Shown: piece after piece, positions 1 through 9,019 of the stretch
How positions within the stretch are numbered: position 1 is the first letter of the stretch
How the letters are laid out: the number at the start of each line of letters is the position of its first letter
From: Vulcanimicrobiota bacterium
GTDB taxonomy: Bacteria > Vulcanimicrobiota > Vulcanimicrobiia > Vulcanimicrobiales > Vulcanimicrobiaceae
Reading direction: 5' to 3'
Length of the DNA: 64,000 nucleotides
NCBI GenBank assembly: GCA_963812155.1
Contig: CAWETW010000001.1
Location: 384,001 to 448,000, forward strand
The notes under the pieces: model-generated
What the model was told of the DNA's origin: nothing
Seen by the model: the letters and a program-made list of their open reading frames with translations, nothing else
Database searches by the model: none
Program-made: the position numbers and the translations under genes

Positions 1-718
1 GCTCCTCATCCAGGCGCAGCGTGCGCAGCCGGTTGTTCGCGTCGAGCGCAGCGAGCGGCTCGACGAAGAGCGTCTGGCCGCTGGCACTCGTATCGTGCAC
101 GATGCCGGGAAACTCGCCGGAGAATTCGGCCTTTACCGGAACCACGAACCGCCCTTCGCGAATCGTCACCACGCTGTCTTGAATCGCTTTTGCGTATTTG
201 GCCGATCGCAAGATCGCGCCCACGCGGTCGCGCGCGTCGCCTTGGGCCTGCGCCAAGCTGCGGCGTATGCGGCCGAGCGCGGGCGACGCGCGATCGAGCA
301 CAACGCCGCGTTCGTCGATGCCGTCGGCGATCGCGCGCTGCAGCTCGCGCAACGGCGTGTAACCCTCCGCGACCGCGCCCAGGACCGTATCCGAGCGCAC
401 GGCGTTGTAGGCGGCCCCGGCGGCGCCGAGCGCATCCGAGACGGCGCGCAAATCGGTTCCGCTCAGCGTTCGACCAAGTTCCGCCGCCTGGGTCAATTCC
501 GCCGTATCGATTGCCGGGAGCACGTGAAAGTCGGCGCCGGCGACCAAATTGCGGGCCGCATTCGTGCGTGCTTGCTCGACGGCAACCAAAGCAAAATCTT
601 GCGCCGGGGCCAGATGCTCGGCGAGGGCTCTCCCGCGCTGCGTACGCGTCGCCCCGACGACGCGATCGCGAACGCCGGCAAAATCGAGTGCTTCGAGCGT
701 TCGCTCGTCGGCAATCAT
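1..718 (-). CDS. mutS2: Endonuclease MutS2, N-terminal part (runs off window edge)
   Basis: Own translation of minus strand from ATG at 718: MIADERTLEALDF...IQDSVVTIREGRFVVPVKAEFSGEFPGIVHDTSASGQTLFVEP, typical MutS2 motifs; lies just downstream of gatB. Confidence 0.88.
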   Translation of the reverse strand, partial: MIADERTLEALDFAGVRDRVVGATRTQRGRALAEHLAPAQDFALVAVEQARTNAARNLVAGADFHVLPAIDTAELTQAAELGRTLSGTDLRAVSDALGAAGAAYNAVRSDTVLGAVAEGYTPLRELQRAIADGIDERGVVLDRASPALGRIRRSLAQAQGDARDRVGAILRSAKYAKAIQDSVVTIREGRFVVPVKAEFSGEFPGIVHDTSASGQTLFVEPLAALDANNRLRTLRLDEE

Positions 719-725
719 GGTTACG

Positions 726-2189
726 TTAGGATGACAACTTCTTCTGCAGTAATTCTTTAACGAGCGAAGGGTCGGCTTTGCCGCCGGAGGCTTTCATGAT
801 TTGCCCGACGAGAAAACCGGTGACGTTCGTCTTTCCGGCGCGAAAGTCGGCCACGACGGCAGGATGCGCGGCGAGCGCCGCCTCGACGAACGCCTCGATG
901 GCGCCGGGGTCGCTGGTTTGGCCCAGGCCTTCGCGCTCGACGATCGCGCGCGGCGACCCATCGCCGCGCCACATCCGCTCGACGAGTTCCTTACCGATTT
1001 TCGAATTGATCGTTCGCGCTTCCAGCAACGCGACCAACTCGGCCGTAAACTCCGGGGTCGCCGCCGATTCGGCAACCGCGATGCCGGTTTCGTTGGCCAG
1101 GCGCGAGAGATCGCCGAGGACGAGATTTGCCGACGGTTGCGGTCGTCCCGTGATCGTTGCAACGCGGTCGAAATATGCGGCGAGTTGCGGATTTCCGACG
1201 AGCTGCGCGGCGATCTTGGGCGCGATGCCGTATTGCGCGGTAAAGCGCTCGAAACGCTGCCACGGCAGTTCCGGAACCGACCCGCGGAACTCGGCGAGTG
1301 CGGCTTCGGTCGCCGGTTCGAGCGGAACGAGATCCGGATCGGGGAAGTAGCGGTAGTCGTGCGCCTGCTCTTTGCTGCGCATCGAATGCGTGACGCCGTG
1401 CACCTCGTCCCAGCCTCGCGTCTCTTGGACGATGCGTTCGCCCGCTGCGAGCACGCCGATCTGCCGTTCGATCTCGCTCTCGATCGCGCGCTGGACCGAG
1501 CGAAACGAGTTCATGTTTTTGATTTCGGTCTTGGTTCCCAGATCCGTACTGCCCGCCGGACGGATCGAGACGTTGGCATCGCAGCGCAGCGAGCCTTCCT
1601 CCATCCGGACGTCGCTGACGCCCAACTGCAGCAGGGTCAGTCGCAGCGACTCGAGATAGCCGACGGCTTCTTGCGCGCTGCGAAGGTCGGGCTCTGAGAC
1701 GCATTCCATCAACGGAACCCCAGCGCGGTTGAAATCGACCAATGAATAATCGCTGCCGGCGATGCGTCCGTCGCCGGAGCCCGCATGAGTCGATTTTCCG
1801 GTGTCTTCCTCGAGATGGATGCGCGTCAGCCGGCACGTCCGCATCTGGCCGTCCTCGAGCCAATACGTCACGCTGCCGCCCAGCGTCAGGGGCATGTCGT
1901 ATTGCGAAATCTGATAATCCTTGGGCATGTCGGGATAGAAGTAGTTCTTGCGATCGAACTTCGAAAATGCCGGTATCTCGGCACCGAATGCCAGGCCGGC
2001 GCGCAGCATGTGTTCGATCGCCCTGGCGTTGGGCACCGGAAGCGCGCCCGGCAAGCCGAGGCAGACCGGACACGTCTTCGTGTTGGGCTCGCCGCCGAAC
2101 TCGTTGGGACAACCGCAGAACATCTTCGTTTCGGTCTTGAGTTCGACGTGGCACTCGATTCCAATTACCGCTTCGTACTGCTGCGTCAT
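726..2189 (-). CDS. gatB: Asp-tRNA(Asn)/Glu-tRNA(Gln) amidotransferase subunit B
   Basis: VIGIECHVEL, KFDRKNYFYPDMPKDYQISQ, RIHLEEDTGK, LRCDANVS, YRYFPDPDL motifs. Confidence 0.97.
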   Translation of the reverse strand: MTQQYEAVIGIECHVELKTETKMFCGCPNEFGGEPNTKTCPVCLGLPGALPVPNARAIEHMLRAGLAFGAEIPAFSKFDRKNYFYPDMPKDYQISQYDMPLTLGGSVTYWLEDGQMRTCRLTRIHLEEDTGKSTHAGSGDGRIAGSDYSLVDFNRAGVPLMECVSEPDLRSAQEAVGYLESLRLTLLQLGVSDVRMEEGSLRCDANVSIRPAGSTDLGTKTEIKNMNSFRSVQRAIESEIERQIGVLAAGERIVQETRGWDEVHGVTHSMRSKEQAHDYRYFPDPDLVPLEPATEAALAEFRGSVPELPWQRFERFTAQYGIAPKIAAQLVGNPQLAAYFDRVATITGRPQPSANLVLGDLSRLANETGIAVAESAATPEFTAELVALLEARTINSKIGKELVERMWRGDGSPRAIVEREGLGQTSDPGAIEAFVEAALAAHPAVVADFRAGKTNVTGFLVGQIMKASGGKADPSLVKELLQKKLSS

Positions 2190-3677
2190 GCCCGCACCTC
2201 ATCGGCTAGGCGTGGAGCGTAGCGCGAGGCGTGCATCGTGGCGCGTTCGTACGCGTGCGCGGCCCCCAGCAACAGCGCCTCGCCGAACAGCGGCGCGCAC
2301 AGCTGCAATCCAAGCGGCATCGGATTGCTTCCGCCCGCAGGCGTCACCCAGCCGCAGGGCACCGAAAGCGCCGGTAATCCGGCCAGCGACATCGGAATCG
2401 TGTAGTAGTCCATCATATACATGCTGTACGGATCGCTTTTTGCGTTGAACCGAAAAGCCGCGCAACTGGCTGCCGGACACGCGATGAGGTCGCAATCCGC
2501 AAAGGCCTTTTCGAAATCGCGGGCGATGAGCGTGCGCGCCTTCTGGGCACGTACGTAGTAGGCGTCGTAATAGCCGCTCGACAGCGCGTGCGTTCCGATG
2601 AGAATACGGCGCTTGACTTCCGGACCGAAGCCGGCGGCCCGCGTCCGCTCGTACATCGCTTGGACGTCGGGCGCGTCGACGCGCAAGCCCGTAACGCACG
2701 CCGTCGAACCGCGACAGATTCGACGAGCACTCCGCCGGAGCGATGAGATAGTACGTCGCCAATCCGTAGTCGGCGGTCGGCAGCGACACGTCGACGACGC
2801 GCGCACCGAGCTTCTCCAACTCGGCATAGGCCTGGCGATAGGCGGCGTCGAGTTCGGCGCCGAGTTTCTCCGTATCGAATTCGCGCACGATGCCGACGCG
2901 CAAGCCGCGCAGATCGTCGCGCAGCGCGGTCACCGCCGGCTCGACCGGGCGATCGATCGAGGTCGCGTCCATCGGGTCGTGGCCGCTCATCGCTTCGTAG
3001 GCGAGCGCGGCATCTTCGACCGTGCGCGCAAGCGGACCGATCTGATCGAGACTCGACGCAAACGCGATGAGCCCGTAGCGCGAGACGCGCCCGTACGTCG
3101 GTTTGAAACCGATCAGGTTGCAGAACGCGCCCGGTTCGCGAATCGAACCGCCCGTATCGCTGCCCAATGCGAGTGCCGTTTCGCGCGCGGCGACCGCCGC
3201 CGCGGAACCCCCGCTCGAACCGCCCGGCACGCGTTCGAGGTCGTACGGATTGCGGGTGACGCCGAGCGCCGAGTTTTCGCAAGAACTTCCCATGGCAAAT
3301 TCGTCGAGATTGGCTTTACCGATCGGAACGCACCCGGCCGCGAGCATGCGCGCGACCGCGGTAGCGGTATACGGCGCGACCCAGTGCTCGAGGATTTTGC
3401 TGCCGCACGTCGTGCGCGTTCCCGTCAAGCACATGTTGTCTTTGACGGCCAGCGGGACGCCCGCGAGCGGCAATCGCTCGCCGCCGCGCACGCGCGCGTC
3501 GACGCCGGCGGCGATCGTTCGTGCCAGTTCGGGAAGCACCGTAAGAAAGGCGCCGGTGCGGCCCTCCACGGCATCAACCCGTGCCAGTGAGGCTTCGGTA
3601 ATTTCACTCGCCGAGATGTTGCCGGCGTTGACCTCGCGCGCGATCTCTGCCGCGCTGCGTTCCACGATGTCGCTCAT
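2186..3677 (-). CDS. gatA: Asp-tRNA(Asn)/Glu-tRNA(Gln) amidotransferase subunit A; apparent +1 frameshift near 2689, probably a sequence error
   Basis: Amidase signature GGSSGGSAAAVA, GSDTGGSIR; SNLSRFDGVRYG continues in the other frame as LRVDAPD...GFGPEVKRRILIGTHALSSGYYDAYY. Confidence 0.95.
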
Positions 3678-3686
3678 CTTCGTTCT

Positions 3687-3974
3687 CTACTCGGCGATGA
3701 TGCGCGGCACGCGGAAGAAACCGCCTTGACGCTGCGGCGCCTGCGCAAGGACCGTCTCGCGATCCAAGCAGGGTCCGGGAACGTCGTCGCGCTGCACGTT
3801 GCGCGATTCGACGACCTGCGCGGTTGCGGCGACCGCATTCGTGTCGAGTTCGGAGAGCGCGTCGACGTGCGTCAATAGGTCGGCGAGTTGCGCGCCGAAA
3901 CGATCGACCTCTTCGTCGGTCAGCGCGATTCGAGCGAGTTTGGCGACGTAGCGAACGTCGATAGTATCCGACAA
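3687..3974 (-). CDS. gatC: Asp-tRNA(Asn)/Glu-tRNA(Gln) amidotransferase subunit C
   Basis: 95 aa, VRYVAKLARIAL...FFRVPRII, directly upstream of gatA. Confidence 0.95.
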   Translation of the reverse strand: MSDTIDVRYVAKLARIALTDEEVDRFGAQLADLLTHVDALSELDTNAVAATAQVVESRNVQRDDVPGPCLDRETVLAQAPQRQGGFFRVPRIIAE

Positions 3975-3988
3975 CGATTCCGCCTCAA

Positions 3989-5338
3989 TCAGGTAGTGGT
4001 AGCGAGCGTAGCGAGCGCTTCGACGTGGCCCGTCTGCGGGAAAAGGTCGAACGGCTGCACGCTCCCGAGCGCGTACCCCTTAGCGGTCAGGAACTTCAAA
4101 TCCCGGGCGAGCGTGGCGGGGTCGCACGAAAGATACCACACCGAGGGTACGCGCGCTGCCGCAATCGCGGCCAGCGTCGCCTCGTCGGAGCCTTTGCGAG
4201 GCGGATCGAGAAAGACCGCGCCGGCCGACTGGATCGCCGCTCGTCCCTCGCCGCCGGCCAGAGCCTCGGCCGCGCGTCCGGCGTGAAAGCGCGCTCGAGC
4301 GTTGAAGCCGTTGCGCTGCGCGTTCGCGCGCGCCTCGGCAACGGCGCGCGCGTTTTCCTCGATGCCGTAGACGTCGCATCCCTGCGCTGCAAAAAACAGT
4401 GCGAACGTCCCGGCTCCGCAGTAGAGATCGACGATCCGCATGGCTGGACGCAGCGCCGGCCGCAGGCTTTCGAAGATGCGCGCGATCATGTCGACGTTCA
4501 CCTGAAAAAAAGAGCCGGACGAGACGCGATAGTGAATGCCCGCAATCGTTTCTTCGATCTCACCGCGTCCGGCGATCGTGCGAGAACGGCGGCCGAGGAT
4601 CGCATTTTCGCCGTTCAAGTCGAACGAGTTGACGATTCCGACGGCATTCGGGAGCTCGGCAAGCAACGCCGGAGCGGCGGCTTTCGCACTCGCCGACTCG
4701 CGCGCGCTTGTAATCGTCACGACGGCCTCGCCGCTTGCAACCGCCGCGCGCGCGACGACGTGGCGCGCGTCCTTCAGCGCGGCCTGTGCCGCGGGCGTCC
4801 GACGTTCGTCACGCAATCGTCCAACATACTCGCTCAACCGCGGCATGACGATCGGGCACGCGTCGATCGGCACGACGTCGTGCGAACGCTGACGGTAGAA
4901 TCCGAGAACCGGAGCCTGCTCGCCGTCCCGATGGCGCACCACGAGCGACATCTTGTTGCGATACGCGCGTGGTTCGGGCATGCCGATGGTTTGGTGCACG
5001 ACGGCGTCGCGGAAGCCGCCGATGCGCGCGAGTGCGGCCGTGACGACGTCGCGCTTCCACGCCAGCTGCGCCGGATAGTCAAGATGCTGCACCTGGCAGC
5101 CGCCGCATTCGCCAAAGACCGGGCAAAACGGCCGCGTTCGCGAGGGTGACTCGCTGCGCAGTTCGAGCAACTCCGCGACGGCGTACTTCGCCTTTATCGC
5201 GACGATTCGAACGTGGGCACGTTCCGAAGGAAGCGGTCCAAAGCAAAAGACCACCATGCCTTCCGCGCGCCCGACGGCTTGGCCGTTCGCCATCAGGTCC
5301 GTAAACTCGACGTCGAGTAGCGCCCCGAGTTTCAGCAT
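3989..5338 (-). CDS. rlmD: 23S rRNA (uracil-5)-methyltransferase, RlmD/TrmA family
   Basis: TRAM-like N-terminus, CPVFGECGGC Fe-S motif, SFFQVN, DLYCGAG, LDPPRKG, YLSCDPATLARD, DLFPQTGHVE. Confidence 0.92.
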   Translation of the reverse strand: MLKLGALLDVEFTDLMANGQAVGRAEGMVVFCFGPLPSERAHVRIVAIKAKYAVAELLELRSESPSRTRPFCPVFGECGGCQVQHLDYPAQLAWKRDVVTAALARIGGFRDAVVHQTIGMPEPRAYRNKMSLVVRHRDGEQAPVLGFYRQRSHDVVPIDACPIVMPRLSEYVGRLRDERRTPAAQAALKDARHVVARAAVASGEAVVTITSARESASAKAAAPALLAELPNAVGIVNSFDLNGENAILGRRSRTIAGRGEIEETIAGIHYRVSSGSFFQVNVDMIARIFESLRPALRPAMRIVDLYCGAGTFALFFAAQGCDVYGIEENARAVAEARANAQRNGFNARARFHAGRAAEALAGGEGRAAIQSAGAVFLDPPRKGSDEATLAAIAAARVPSVWYLSCDPATLARDLKFLTAKGYALGSVQPFDLFPQTGHVEALATLATTT

Positions 5339-5380
5339 CTGGCGGTCCCTTCGACCTCTGCGCTGCTCTAAGCCCCTCCG

Positions 5381-5563
5381 CCCTTCGCCCTTCGACGCCG
5401 CCCGCTACGCGGGCTTCGCTCAGGGTGACACACATTGAGGCGGCTTCGCTCAGGGTGACACACATTGAGGCGGCTTCGCTCAGGGTGACACACCATGAGG
5501 GCGCGGAGCTTGTCCTGAGCGGAGCGTGCGTCAGCACGCGTAGACGAAGGGCCCGGGGTGACA
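5381..5563. repeat. REP-like palindrome array 1 (head CCCTTCG, hairpin core, 30-bp tandem unit GGCTTCGCTCAGGGTGACACACATTGAGGC, nested inverted copy)
   Basis: Units start at 5412, 5442 and 5472; inverted copy at ~5505-5550; degenerate tail at 5551. Confidence 0.9.
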
Positions 5564-5624
5564 TGACGGAGGGACTGGGAGCGCGATTGCCCGAAGGGCA
5601 GCCGGGCTTTTATAGGAGGTACCC

Positions 5625-6581
5625 GTGCGCGTTTTCACGATGCTCATCACGGTCGTTGCGCTCACATCGTGTTCCGCTTCAATGAATCCCGCGACGGCGG
5701 TACCCCCAGCGCCGCAGGCGATGCCGTTTCCCATGGCCGAGAAACACCTGTATACCGCCAATCGCGACGGCACGCCCGGCGTGTTGCTCTTCCGCCAGCA
5801 AGCCAACGGCGACGTCGCGCCGTCGTCGAAGATCGCCGGCTCCAAGACGACGCTTACGGACCCCGACTCTCTGGCGCTCGACGCAGCCGGCAACGTCTAC
5901 GTCGCCAACGACTCCGGAACGGAAGTCGCTGTATTCGCCGCAGGCAAGCACGGAAACGTGATGCCGTCGTGGACCATAGGAGGATCGAAATCGCAGTTAG
6001 GTCCGACCGAAGGGATTCTCGTCGATCCCTCAGGCAATCTCTACGTGAGTTCTTTTTCAGCCGACGACGTGCGCGAATATCCCGCCGGCAAGCACGGCAA
6101 CGTTGCGCCGATTCGATCGATTGGAGGCAGCAAAACGCAGTTGGTTGGGCCGACCGGCATGGCGATGGACTCGCACGGCACGCTTTACGTCGCCAACCCC
6201 CACGGGGCGTCGGTCGTCGCCTTCGCAGCCGGCAAGAAGGGAAACGTGGCTCCGTCGGTTGTCATCGCGGGCGGTAATACGGGCTTGGGGAGGCCGTTCG
6301 CGCTCACCTTCGATTCACACCAGCGGCTGCTGGTCGCCGACGAGGATGCCGGCGTCATCGTCTTCGCCAAGGGTGCAAGCGGAAATGCTACGCCGGTCCA
6401 GACGATCACCGGCATCGGAGCCGACGGCATCGTCACCGATGGCCAAGATCACATCTACGTTGCGGATTTCAGTACGATCTCGGTGTTTGCCAGCGACGCA
6501 AGCGGCCCGGCGACGCCGCTGCGCACGATTCAAGGGTCGAAGACACTGCTCAACGTCGCGAACTATTTGTACTTGCACTAG
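5625..6581 (+). CDS. Secreted NHL-repeat/beta-propeller lipoprotein, copy 1
   Basis: GTG start after GGAGG; signal peptide with lipobox-like LTSC; ~6 repeats of GNVAPxxxIxGSKTxL..PxGxxxDxxGxLYVAN. Confidence 0.85.
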   Translation: MRVFTMLITVVALTSCSASMNPATAVPPAPQAMPFPMAEKHLYTANRDGTPGVLLFRQQANGDVAPSSKIAGSKTTLTDPDSLALDAAGNVYVANDSGTEVAVFAAGKHGNVMPSWTIGGSKSQLGPTEGILVDPSGNLYVSSFSADDVREYPAGKHGNVAPIRSIGGSKTQLVGPTGMAMDSHGTLYVANPHGASVVAFAAGKKGNVAPSVVIAGGNTGLGRPFALTFDSHQRLLVADEDAGVIVFAKGASGNATPVQTITGIGADGIVTDGQDHIYVADFSTISVFASDASGPATPLRTIQGSKTLLNVANYLYLH

Positions 6582-6589
6582 TACGCGGT

Positions 6590-6749
6590 CCCTTCGCCCT
6601 TCGCCCTTCGACGCCGCCCGCTACGCGGGCTTCGCTCAGGGTGACACACATTGAGGCGGCTTCGCTCAGGGTGACACACAACTGCGGGCGCGGAGCTTGT
6701 CCTGAGCGGAGCGTGCGCAGCACGCGTAGACGAAGGGCTCAGGGTGACG
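6590..6749. repeat. REP-like palindrome array 2
   Basis: (CCCTTCG)x3, core GCCCGCTACGCGGGC, GCTCAGGGTGAC tails x3, nested inverted copy at ~6692-6736. Confidence 0.9.
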
Positions 6750-6815
6750 TGCGCCGGAACGGGACTCGGCGTGGGGGTGACCGAAAGCAGCCGAGCTTTT
6801 AATAGGAGGTAGCTC

Positions 6816-7784
6816 GTGCGCGTTTTCACGATGCTCATCACGGTCGTTGCGCTCACATCGTGTTCCGCTTCGATGAACCCCGCGACGCCGGTGCGCCCAG
6901 CGTTGCAGGCGATGCCGTTTCCCATGGCCGAGAAACACCTTTATACCGCCAATCGCGGCGGCACCCCCGGCGTGCTCCTCTTCCGCCAGCAAGCCGACGG
7001 CAACGTTGCCCCATCGTCGAAGATCGCCGGCTCGAAGACGACGCTTACGGACCCCGACTCTCTGGCGCTCGACGCAGCCGGCAACGTCTACGTCGCCAAC
7101 GACTCCGGAACGGAAGTCGCTGTATTCGCCGCAGGCAAGCACGGAAACGTGATGCCGTCGTGGACCATCGGGGGTTCGCGGTCGCAGCTGGGCCCGACCG
7201 AAGGATTGTTCATCGATCCGTCGGGCAACCTCTACGCTACCGACTTCGCAGACAATATCGTTCGTGAATACCCCGCGGGTAAACACGGCAACGTTGCGCC
7301 GATTCGATCGATCAAAGGCAGCAAAACGCAGTTGGTTGGGCCGACCGGCATGGCGATGGACTCGCACGGCACGCTTTACGTCGCCAACCCTCACGCGGCG
7401 TCGGTCGTGGCCTTCGCAGCCGGCACGAAAGGTAATGTCGCTCCCTCAGTCGTCATTTCGGGGAGCAAGACCGGCTTGCAACGGCCGTTCGCGCTCACCT
7501 TCGATTCCCATGGACGGCTCCTGGTCGCCGACGAGAGTACCGGCGTGATCGTCTTCGCTAAGGGTGCGAGCGGCAACGCAAAGCCGGACTCGACGATTAC
7601 CAGTTTCGTGTTGGCCGCCGGCGTCGTTACCGACGCACAAGATCGCATCTACGTCGCCGACTTCGGGGGCGGCGGTTCGATCTCGGTGTTCGCGAGCGAT
7701 GCACACGGGCCAGCGACGCCGCTGCGCACGATTCAAGGGTCGAAGACGCTGCTGAACACCCCGAACTACTTGTACTTGCACTAG
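6816..7784 (+). CDS. Secreted NHL-repeat/beta-propeller lipoprotein, copy 2
   Basis: Close paralogue of 5625-6581 with the same start context and repeat motif. Confidence 0.85.
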   Translation: MRVFTMLITVVALTSCSASMNPATPVRPALQAMPFPMAEKHLYTANRGGTPGVLLFRQQADGNVAPSSKIAGSKTTLTDPDSLALDAAGNVYVANDSGTEVAVFAAGKHGNVMPSWTIGGSRSQLGPTEGLFIDPSGNLYATDFADNIVREYPAGKHGNVAPIRSIKGSKTQLVGPTGMAMDSHGTLYVANPHAASVVAFAAGTKGNVAPSVVISGSKTGLQRPFALTFDSHGRLLVADESTGVIVFAKGASGNAKPDSTITSFVLAAGVVTDAQDRIYVADFGGGGSISVFASDAHGPATPLRTIQGSKTLLNTPNYLYLH

Positions 7785-7792
7785 GACGCGGT

Positions 7793-7902
7793 CTCTTCGC
7801 CCTTCGACGCTGCCCGCTACGCGGGCTTCGCTCAGGGTGACACACATTGAGGCGGCTTCGCTCAGGGTGACACACAATGAGGGCGCTTCGCTCAGCGTGA
7901 CA
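7793..7902. repeat. REP-like palindrome array 3
   Basis: Same head and core plus three GCTCAG(G/C)GTGACA tails; no nested inverted copy. Confidence 0.9.
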
Positions 7903-7968
7903 TGACGGTGAGGGACTCGGCGCGGGGTTGACCGAAAGGCAAGCGAGCCTTAATAAGGAGGATGACTC

Positions 7969-8956
7969 GTGCGCGTTCCTACGACGCTCGTAATGGTTGT
8001 TGCCCTCGCGGGTTGCTCCGCTGCGATGAACCCGTCAACGCCCGGTGGCCGATGCGCCGGCGATGCCGGTATCGGCCGCATCACGAACGATGCCGTTTGC
8101 GGCTCCCGAAAAACACCTTTATACCGCCAATCGCGACGGCACGGCCGGCGTGCTTCTCTTCCGCCAGCAAGCCAACGGCGACGTTGCCCCGTCGTCGAAG
8201 ATCGCCGGCTCCAAGACGACGCTGTCAGACCCCGATTCGCTGGCGCTCGACTCGGCCGGAAACATCTACTCCGCCAACGATGGCGGAACGGAAATCGCAA
8301 TCTTCGCTGCGGGTAAGCACGGCAACGTGATGCCGTCGTGGACCATTTCAGGATCGAAAACTCTACTAGGCCCGACCGAAGGACTCTTCGTAGATCCATC
8401 CGATAACCTCTTCGCCAGCGACTACTCGAACAACGCCGTACGCGAATTCGCGGCGGGCAAACACGGCAATATCGCGCCGATTCGCTCGATCAAAGGCAGC
8501 AAGACGCAGTTGGCGACGCCCACCGGGATGGCGATGGACTCGCATGGTACGCTCTACGTCGCGAACACTCACGGGGGTTCGGTCGTCGCCTTCGCGTCCA
8601 ATAAGAAGGGCAACGACGCTCCCTCGTTGGTCATCTCGGGCTCCAATACCGGACTGCAGCGGCCATTCGCTCTAACGTTCGATTCCCACGGACGGCTACT
8701 CGTCGCCGACGAGAACACGGGCCTGATCGTCTTCGCGAAGGGCGCCAGCGGTAACGCCACGCCGGTTGCGACGATCACCGGGTTCGGTGAGGCCACCGGC
8801 GTCGTCACCGACGGCCAAGACCATATCTACGTCGCGAACTTCGGGGGTTCGATCGCGATGTTTGCCAGCAACGCGAACGGACCGGCAACGCCGTTACGCA
8901 CGATTCAAGGAGCGAAGACGCTGCTCGACGGCGCCTGTTTCCTTTACTTGCGATAA
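7969..8956 (+). CDS. Secreted NHL-repeat/beta-propeller lipoprotein, copy 3; apparent +1 frameshift near 8042
   Basis: GTG start after AAGGAGG, signal MRVPTTLVMVVALAGC; joins ORF 8045-8956 if one C of CCC is removed. Confidence 0.82.
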
Positions 8957-9019
8957 AGCGCTCAACCGGGCGGCCAGTTGGATAATTGGGGCGGCGCAGC
9001 TAATGTGTCGCCCCTTCGC

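Noticed and set aside
2680..2700. Programmed frameshift or pseudogene in gatA
   Set aside because: No slippery site; one extra G in a short run in an essential gene, matching the window-wide insertion pattern
5412..5500. CRISPR-like appearance of the 30-bp repeats
   Set aside because: Units are contiguous with identical or near-identical linkers, there are no unique spacers and no cas genes; the pattern fits REP-type repeats
5079..5685. ORFs with repeated MCVTLSEAAS / THIEAASLRV peptides
   Set aside because: Translations of the non-coding repeat array
6765..6796. Riboswitch in the conserved leaders (CTCGGC...GCCGAG stem around GAAA)
   Set aside because: Pairing is inconsistent across the three copies, matches no aptamer I recognise, and the conservation is explained by duplication and a promoter-like motif
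5625..8956. Diversity-generating retroelement acting on the propeller genes
   Set aside because: No reverse transcriptase or template repeat; differences are not adenine-specific and include indels
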